Of a stretch of 64,000 bases of DNA, positions 11,301-20,300 are shown piece after piece (positions within the stretch are counted from its first letter, which is position 1; every line of letters begins with the position of its first letter). The position numbers and the translations under genes are program-made. The stretch comes from a virus. Lineage: Duplodnaviria > Caudoviricetes. The DNA lies in the IMG/VR virus record IMGVR_UViG_2933953506_000002, positions 51,775 through 115,774 of that record. One strand, given 5' to 3'. The notes below the pieces were generated by a model that was not told the origin of the DNA, did no database searches, and saw only the letters and a list, made by a program, of their open reading frames with translations.

Positions 11301-14300
11301 GCGGTCAACGTCGCCGCGCTGGAGGCCGTGCAGCCGCCGGACCGCACCATCGGCCAGTTCACGCCTGAGATGGGCGCCCACTGGACGCCCCCAGAGCTTC
11401 TGCAGGGCTTCCTGCGCGAGTACCTGGGCGACCGCACACTCCGCGTCGCTCATGACGACCGGTACGGCTGGATTCTCAACACCGGCCGCGTGCCCGAGGC
11501 CAACAACGTCATGTACGGCGTCCCGGCCGTCGAGCCCGACCCGGAAAAGGGCATCAAGGGCAACAAGGGCAAGAACGCCGTGGAGATCGCCCGCGCGATC
11601 CTCGGCTTCGGCTCGCTGACCGTCTACGAGGACGACAAGCGCAAGGAAGTCGACGAGGCGACCTCACGTCTGATCCGGCAGAAGGCCGATCAGATGCGGG
11701 CCGAGTTCGCCAAGTACGCCACGGCGAACGCCGAGCGGCTGAGCGTCCTCACCGACTCGTACAACCGCATCATGAACGGGCACATCGTCCGTTCGTACGA
11801 GGGCATGTCGCCCACCCTCGAGGGCTTCACCCCCGACCGGAACCCGCACGCCTGGCAGCGCTCCGGCGCGGCCCGGATGCAGTTCGAGCGGGGCGTGATC
11901 CTCGCCCATGAGGTGGGCCTCGGTAAGACGTCCACGCTCGTCATGGGTACCCAGGCCCTCAAGGCGTCCGGGCAGATCGAAAAGCCCATGGCCGTGGTGC
12001 CGAACCACCTCGCGCGCCAGTGGTACAACGAGGCCCGGTTCCTGTACCCGAACGCCGACATCCACCTGATCACCTCGGCGGACCTGGCCGGCGACCGGCG
12101 CGGCAGCACGCTGGAGTGGCTGCGCGCCAACAGGCCGGACCTGGTCATCTTCACTGAAGAGGCGTTCGGCTCGATCAAGATGAGCCCGGAGGCTCAGGAC
12201 GAGTACGAGTTCCGGGAGCTGGAGGCGCTGCGCGAGCAGCTTGACCGCCAGTACGAGGACGCCGACAACCCGAACCACCCGTTCATCGTCGCGAAGATCG
12301 AGCAGCGCATCGCGACGGTCAGCAAGAACATCAACAAGAACGCCGCCCCGATGCGGCGACCGGGTGAGACGTACTGGGACGACCTCGGGTTCGACTACTT
12401 CGTCGTCGACGAGGCCCACAGGTACAAGGGCGTCGGCTTCCGCTCCAAGGAGGGTGGCGGCGACCCGGCGTCTATCCGCGGCGTCGACCTGCACCAGAAG
12501 ACGAGCGACCTGCACCGCCGCCGCCAGGGCCGAGCCACGATCACGCTCGCCACCGGTACGCCGCTGTCGAACAGCATCAGCGAGCAGTTCACCATGCTGA
12601 TGTTCGCGGCGCCGTGGGTGCTGGACGCCTACAAGGCGGGCGCCCCCGACCTGTGGGCCAACACCTTCGGCCGCAAGACCCTGCGCATCGAGAACGCCCC
12701 CGACGGCTCCGGCCTGCGCGTCGTGGAGCGGTTCTCCGAGTTCCACAACAAGCGCGCCATGAAGACCATGTGGGGCCTGGTCGCGGACACCAAGCGCGGT
12801 GACGACGTCGGCATTCCCCGTCCGAAGCTCAAGGGCGGCAAGCCGAACCTGATCATGGTCGACGCGACGCCCGACCAGAAGAAGCGTCTCAAGGGGCTCG
12901 TCGCCCGCGGCCGCGCGATCCACAACGGTGAGGTCGACCGCCACCAGGACAACATGCTCGCGGTGTCCAACGAGGGCACCAGCGTGGCCCTCGACCCGCG
13001 GCTCATCGACGCCAAGGCCCCGGCCGGCAACAAGCTCAAGGCCGTCGCAGACCGGCACATCGAGCGCTACCACCAGAACAAGGACCGGCTCTATCCGGTC
13101 GCCCTCGACAGCCTCGTCAACCACCCGGTACCGGGTGCCCTCCAGATGATCTTCCTGAACGAAGGCGTCCCGGGAGGCAAGAACAAGGGCAACTTCGACG
13201 CCTACGCCGAACTCAAGCGGCTCATGGTCGCGGGCGGCATCCCCGCGGACAAGATCGCCTTCGTTCAGGACGCCAAGAAGTCCGGCAAGCCCGAGGACAT
13301 GACGGAGCTGTTCCGGAAGGCCCGCGAAGGTGAAATCGCGGTCCTCATCGGCTCCAGTGCCGTCGCGGGTACGGGCATGAACGCCCAGGACCGCATGATC
13401 TCCCTCTCGCACGTCGACCTCGACTGGGGCGCCGCGCAGATGGAGCAGCGCAACGGCCGCATCCTGCGCTACGGCAATCTGAACCCCGAGGTCGAGATCG
13501 ACATCTACGCGACCAAGGGCTCCATGGACGGCTGGAAGGCCGGATTCGTCGCAGCCAAGGCCGAGGGCCTGGTCGACATCCAGCGGCCGGAGCCGGAAGA
13601 CGGCGACTCCAGCGACGTCGTCCAGGAGATCGACGGCGCCGAGTTCGACTACGAGACGATGGAAGCCGAGATCGGCGGCAACCCCTACATGAGCCAGCTC
13701 ATGAAGGCGAAGCGCCGTCTCAAGGACCTGGAGATCGACCAGCACAACGAGGCCGCCGAGCGTATCCGTCGCGCCGAAGCCCTCGATGCGCTGCGCCAGG
13801 AAGCCCAGGCCACCCGCGACGGTATCCAGCGCCGCGAGCAGGCCCTGCCCAGCATCCAGGAGGCCGACGACCGGTTCCGCATGACCATCGACGGCTCCCC
13901 GTACGGCGAGCGCTCCGACGCCGGCAAGGCCCTGCACCGGCAGATCACCTCCCGCCTCTTGGAGCACAACCGTGAGGGCCTGAGCGACTGGCACATCCTT
14001 GGCCAGTTCCGCGGCCTGGACTTCGGTGTCCGCACCGAGAAGACAGCGGACGGCAAGCTCGTCGCGCACGTCGGCTTCCCCGACCTGCGGCACTCCGACT
14101 TCGAGCGGACCGTGGAGGACCTGCAGAAGAAGGGCGCCGGGTCGGGCATGATCACCCGCCTCGGCAATGCCCTCGACAAGGCGCCCGCGTTGCAGGAGTC
14201 GGACCGGGCCAAGGTGCCGGAGCTGGACGAGCAGATAGCCCTGCTCCAGTCCGCGCACGCGGCCGCTGACCTCACTCCGCAGATCGACCACGCCCGCAAG

Positions 14301-17300
14301 CGGTCGAACCTGCTCGAGGAGATCGTCGCCCGCGTCACCAACCTGGACGCGAAGCCGGAGATCGACCCCGACGAACTCGACAAGGAGCGGTACAAGAACA
14401 AGGACGACCGCGAGAAGATCGCCAAGGGGCGGCGCGAGGAACGCGAGCCGCTGCAGGCCGCCGTCGACGAGGCCGTCGCGAACCTGCACCGCTGGGACGA
14501 GGAGAACCCGGCACCGGAGCAGGACGACACGGTTCGCCTCTCTGAGGACGAGGTGCGCGAAGCTCTTGCCCGTCTCCGCCCGGAGCCCAGCACTACCCCG
14601 CAGCCGGACGCCCCGGAGACCAGCGACCGCAGTTCCGCGGACGCCGACACCGACGTCGACGAGCCGAACACCGACGAGACGGCGACGCCTGACACCACCG
14701 GCGCAGGCAGCAGCGACGAGCCGCTGACCGACACGCCAGCCGCGGGCGACACCGGGGCCCAGAACAACGGCCAAGACCAGGACGACGTCGTTCGCCTCTC
14801 CGAGGACGAGGTGAACAACACCCTCGCCAGCATCCAGCCGGACGCCGACACGACCGCCACCGACGAGCCGGACGAGCCCCTTCGGTACGCGTGGGACAAG
14901 CCCGAGGACTTCGTCACCCTGACCATGCCGGCCGCACTCGTCAACTTCCTGAACGTCGACGAGACCGCCGCCATGGAGGACCCCGACACCCGGAAGGCTC
15001 TCAAGGAAGCCAAGCCGGGGCGCCGTGGCACGCTCCAGGTGACCGGCCCGATCGACGTACACCGCGCCCTCCTCCAGTGGGCATGGACGCTCGAGGGTGG
15101 AGAGGGGCTGGAGTCCGACCCCAGCGATGTCCGGGCCTACAAGGCGTACGCCAAGCGCATCGAGGAGGCCGACGCCGACCTGCAGCGCCGTCGCGCCGAG
15201 CGGGAGACCGCGGCCGCCGCTGACTCCGACGAGAACGACGACGCCCCGGAGACCGACGGAACGAACGACGGCGGCAGCGACGAGCCGCCGGCCGACGCGC
15301 CGAGCACGGCTGAGCCGGGCGACGAGAACGACGACCAGGACCAGCGCACAGCGGAGGACAGCGACACCGTCACCCTGACCCCGGACGAGGTGTCCGACCA
15401 GCTCGACTCTGTACGCCCCGAGGGGTCCAAGGCCCCGTCCTCGATGGACGATGGCGAGATCCGCGACGAGATCGTCGACCTGATGGGCCGGGAGATGGCT
15501 GATGAGCTGTCCGGCGCGGACCGTACCCGCCTGCAGGTCCTGGAAGCGGAGGAGGCCCGCCGTGCCGGCCGGGCCCCGAAGCAGGAGCCCAAGCCGAAGC
15601 GGACGACCGAGGAGCCCGGAGGACTCTTCGACGTCGACCAGCCCACCACCCAGCAGCCGAGCAGCGCCGCCGACGTCGACAACCCCGAGGACCAGCCCGA
15701 CGACCTCTTCGGCACGCCGGACATGATCGCCGACGCCGAGGGCCGCAGCACCGAGGGCCTGCGCCCGGCGCGCATGCGCAACGCCGCCGACCTGACCCAG
15801 GGCGACCGGTACACCGACGCAGACGGCCGCACGCACACCGTGTCCGAGCCGCCGGTCAAGACGCCTCGCGGCCGGACCCGACTCGTCACCGACGACGGCG
15901 AGGAGCGCTTCTACAACGCCGATGCCCAGGTGCGCCTGCGCTACCCGGACGAGGAGATCCCCGACAACGAGACCGACGAGCGGTCCGCCGACGACGATGC
16001 CGACAACGCCCCGGCCGTCGACGAACCGGAGACCTCCGAGCCGGACGTCGACGAGCCCGCCGCCGACGAGCCGGAAACTACCGCGGACAGCGACCGCAGC
16101 AGCACCAAGGACCGCGTCGACCGCATGTCAGGCCTCATCGACCAGGCCACCGACGGGGCGGGCGGTGACGAGCTGCCCGAGGTCAGCGAGATCCGGGACG
16201 CCTTGGGCCGGGCCGAGGACTCCGCCGACCCGGACGCCGAGCTGCGTTCCGCCGCCGACCGGCTCGACGACCTTGCGGAGATGTACGAGCTGGGAGGCCC
16301 GGACGGAGAGCACGCCGCAGACCTGTTCCGGCAGGCCGCCCGTATCGCGAGGGGCGAGGACGATGACGACCGCCGCGGCGACGACAACGACCGCAGCGAG
16401 GACGACAACGACGCCCCCGCCGCGACGAACCAGGACTCCGAGGAGGACCAGGACGACGACGCGGGACGCTTGCAGCGGGACGGAGACGGCAACGCCGCCG
16501 ACCCGAACGGCACCCCCGACGGAGGCGGCGCCGGTGCGCCCGACGCACCCGCCGACGACGAAGGCGACAGCGACAGCCCCGACGATGCCCCGGACAACGC
16601 TGACGACGAGCAGAACGAGCCGGACGCGGAGGACGAAGACGAGCAGGACGACGACCAGGAGCGCCGTCGCCGGCGTCGGCGCCGCCGCAACGGCGGAGGC
16701 GGTAACGGTGGCCCCGGCGGGCCTGGCGGCCCCGGACTGCCGCGCCTGAACCTCCCCGACCTCAAGACCCCGAACGCCAGCGGCGACGGCGGTGAAGGAG
16801 ACAGCGAGGACGGCGCTGCCGCCCGCGGCCGCCGCCCGGCCGCACGGCACCGCGACGTGGCGTCCCTGCGGCGCGCTTGGAAGAACGGCGACGGGCTCAC
16901 CGCCGCCGAGGACACCCCGGAGCGTCGCGCAGCCCTGGCCCAGGCAGCCGACCGGGACGGCCTGACGCTGTCCCCGGGCAGCGGCCTGGTCACATGGCCC
17001 GAACCGCAGGAAGACGGCACCACCCTGTGGCACTTCGCGCAGGCCCGGAACGGCAACAACCTGCCCGGCTTGTCCCTGGCCACGGACAACCCCGAGGAGG
17101 CCCGCGCCCTGGCTGGCCGCTTCGAGCAGATCACCGGCAGCGACGGTCAGCCCTTCGACTGGCACCGGCCGTGGGGCCCGAGCACCGTCACCCAGTGGCG
17201 CGACGGAGAAGGCCGCAACCTGCAGCGCGCCCTCCACGCCGTCCGCGACGACTTCGAGCAGCAGCGTGCCGCCTCCGCCCAGCCGGAGCCCACGACGGAG

Positions 17301-20300
17301 CCGGAACGGAGGGCACTGCCGGACGACCTCACCGGCCTGGACGACGACGAGCTGGTCGACGCGTGGAGCAACGACCTCAGCGACGAGGACCAGCAGCGCC
17401 TTATGGCGGAGATGGACCGCCGCGACGGCTACACCGACCAGCGCGTTCGTGACGTGCTGCCGGACACCCCGCCGGCCGACGCCGAAGAGGCCGAGCGCCG
17501 TGCGAAGGCCGTCGACGAGGCCCTCGGCTTCGGGGGCGTCGACGTCCCGCGCGTGCGCCGCACCCGTGAGGACATCATCCGTGCGGAGTTCGCCGACTTC
17601 GACGAGGCCCGCTACCAGGCCGCCATCGACGCCACGAACGGCTACTTCTACGCCCGGAAGTACAAGTACGGCAGCGGCATCAACGAACGAGAGCTGTTCT
17701 CCGGCGGTGAACTCGCCAAGTTCGGCCGCTGGGAGGAGTACGCCAGCGAGGAACTGAAGGACTGGTACAAGGCCAACGGCGGCCGCATCACGTACAACCA
17801 GTTCCGGCAGACCTACCGGGACAACGATCGCCGGGACCGGCAGCAGTTCGAGGAGGAGCAGCGCCGCCAGGCGGAAGTCGGGCAGACCGAGGAGCCCACG
17901 ACCCCGGAGACCGAGCCGTACGACCCGGCCACGCCGCGCTTCGCGGACGAGGCGGCCCTTCGGGATCACATCCGCAGCGGGCAGCTCGACGAGGTGCCCG
18001 AGGACCAGCGTGGGGACATTCCCTCAGCCGAGGAACGCGCGGAGATCGCCGATGCCGAGAGCACCCAGCTCTCCGACGGCGGCCGACTGCTCATCTACGG
18101 CAACGAGGCCGGTCGCGCTGGCAGCCGCCGCGGACAGCGGTTCGACGTGGCCCTTCCAGGCAGCATGCAGCCCCTGTTCCGCAACGGCTTCCACAGCGCC
18201 GAGGAGGCCCGCAAGTACGCCAGCGTCCTCGACGGCATCAAGGACACGGACGGCAACGCGTTCCCGTGGGACGCCCCCAACGTCGCCGAGCGCGCCCGCG
18301 CGTTCCGCACCGCCGACGGCAACCGCCTGTTCGACGAGATCACGGAACGCCTGTACGGCTTCAACGAGCTCTACGAGCAGTGGAACAGCGACCGCGGCCA
18401 GGCATTGCACCACCGGACGTGGAGCCAGCAGGAAGCCGACTGGAACACCCGCGAGGAGGAGGCCGGCTACTCGATCCCCGTCGACCTGACGGACATCCGC
18501 CCCGGCGACGAGATCAGCTTCCCCCTGGCCACGAGCCGCGGGCAGAACACGCGGCCGCAGGACGAGTACGTGGGAACCGTGCACGCCACGGTGACCGGCG
18601 AGGGAGAGCCCTTCCAGTACCGCTCGCAGTTCTCCGCCTTCGGGAACCAGCAGCTCTACCGGTTCCCGGCCGAAGGCTCTTGGACCAACCAGTACGGAGA
18701 GCACAGCGAGATCGATGAGGCGTTCCCGAACCTGGGAGTCGTCCGTCGCCGCCCGCGGCCCGACGAGGTGTCCAGCACGGGCGACGGCCGCGACGACCGT
18801 TCGTCCCGCGCGGACACCCCGCAGGCGGAGACGCCGGGCACCGCGACGCCCCCCTCGCGCCGGCAGCCCGCCCCGGACCGCGCTCCTGCGGAGCCGGAGC
18901 CCGCCGTGCCCTCGGCGCCGGCCGACGAGCCGCAGGGTGAACCCGAGCCCGTGGGCGGTCAGCCCGCACACTGGGCGCGTGTCCGCGACCTGGTGCCGGG
19001 CGACATGGTCCGTATGGAGGGCCGCACGAGGAACGGCCGCGCCATCACGCGGTCTGGTTACGTCTTCACCGGGCCCGTCGACGTGGAGGTCACTCGCAAC
19101 GGCCGCACGGAGCGGATGCTGCGCACGTACGTCACGGAGAACCCGGACGGCACCGGTAAGAGCGGCAACGTCTTCACGCCGCTGAACGCCACCGCGGCGC
19201 GGGCCGAGGCGCCCGACGACGTGGTGCCCGGGTCTCCGGCCAGCGGCGCTCAGAGCACCGTTCAGGCGGGCAGCCTCCCCGACGTGGTCCCCACGGACCG
19301 GAACGGCCGGGGCTTGTTCCCGGGTAGCACCGTCACCGGTGTTGACGGGCTGCGTACCCGTGAGGGCACCGTCACGGGCGCCACCAACACCACGGTGTCG
19401 GTGCGCTGGGACAACGACGACACCGCCGACGGCCTCTCGCCGAACACCCTCACCGTAACCGGTGGCGACCGCCCCGACGGCTGGACCTCGTCCGGGCAGC
19501 GCGTGACCCCGCGGCACATCGTAACCGACACCGAGGGCGCTCTCCTCGGGCCAGTCGACGAGGTCAACGGCGACCGCGTCACCATCACCACCGCCGAAGG
19601 CACCATCACGCGGAGCGCCGGAGACCTCCGCGTCGCCGGCGAAGTGCGCGACGACGCCCCGGGCACCGACCCCGTCACCGGCATCGACGACCCGGCGGCC
19701 GCGGACCTCAAGGAGGACGACGTCGTGGTCCTGGACCTCGACGGCACGCCGACCACCGTGGCGGTCACCGGTATCAACCGCGAAGGCGACCGCGTCACCA
19801 TCGACTTCGCCGACACCACCACGGGCGAGATCGGCCAGATCGACGTGGACGCCTCCCAGGTCATCCCCCGGGCCCAGGGCGCCGACGGCACCCCGCCCGA
19901 CCTCGGGCCGGACGACGCCCCAGACACCCCGGACGACCTAACCGTGCACGAGCCGCCGCACCGCGTCGAACCCGTCACCGGCCCGACCGTCGACCCCGAC
20001 CTCACGACGGGCGACCGAGACGTCATCGGTGACCTCGCCGACGGCCCGGACGACGACCCCGACGCCCAGCAGGCCGCCGTACGCATCACGGCCGACCTGC
20101 CCGTCACCCCGGAGCAGGCCGCCGCACTCGCCGCGCAACTCCGCGATTCCGCCGACCCCTCGACCCCGGAGGGCCGCGCCGCCCTGCGTGCCGCCAACCA
20201 CCTTGACCGGGCCATCGGCCGGACCCCTCCGCCCGAGCTCAACCGGCCGCGGCCGTCGAACGCCGCACAGGTCGCGGAAGACGACACGATCGCCATCCCC

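Noticed and set aside
11664-15836. 1390-aa minus-strand ORF and other long antisense ORFs (2458-5019, 5019-7007, 7026-8975, 19938-22184)
   Set aside because: Antisense shadows of high-GC3 genes; no motifs, V/L/G/R-rich composition.
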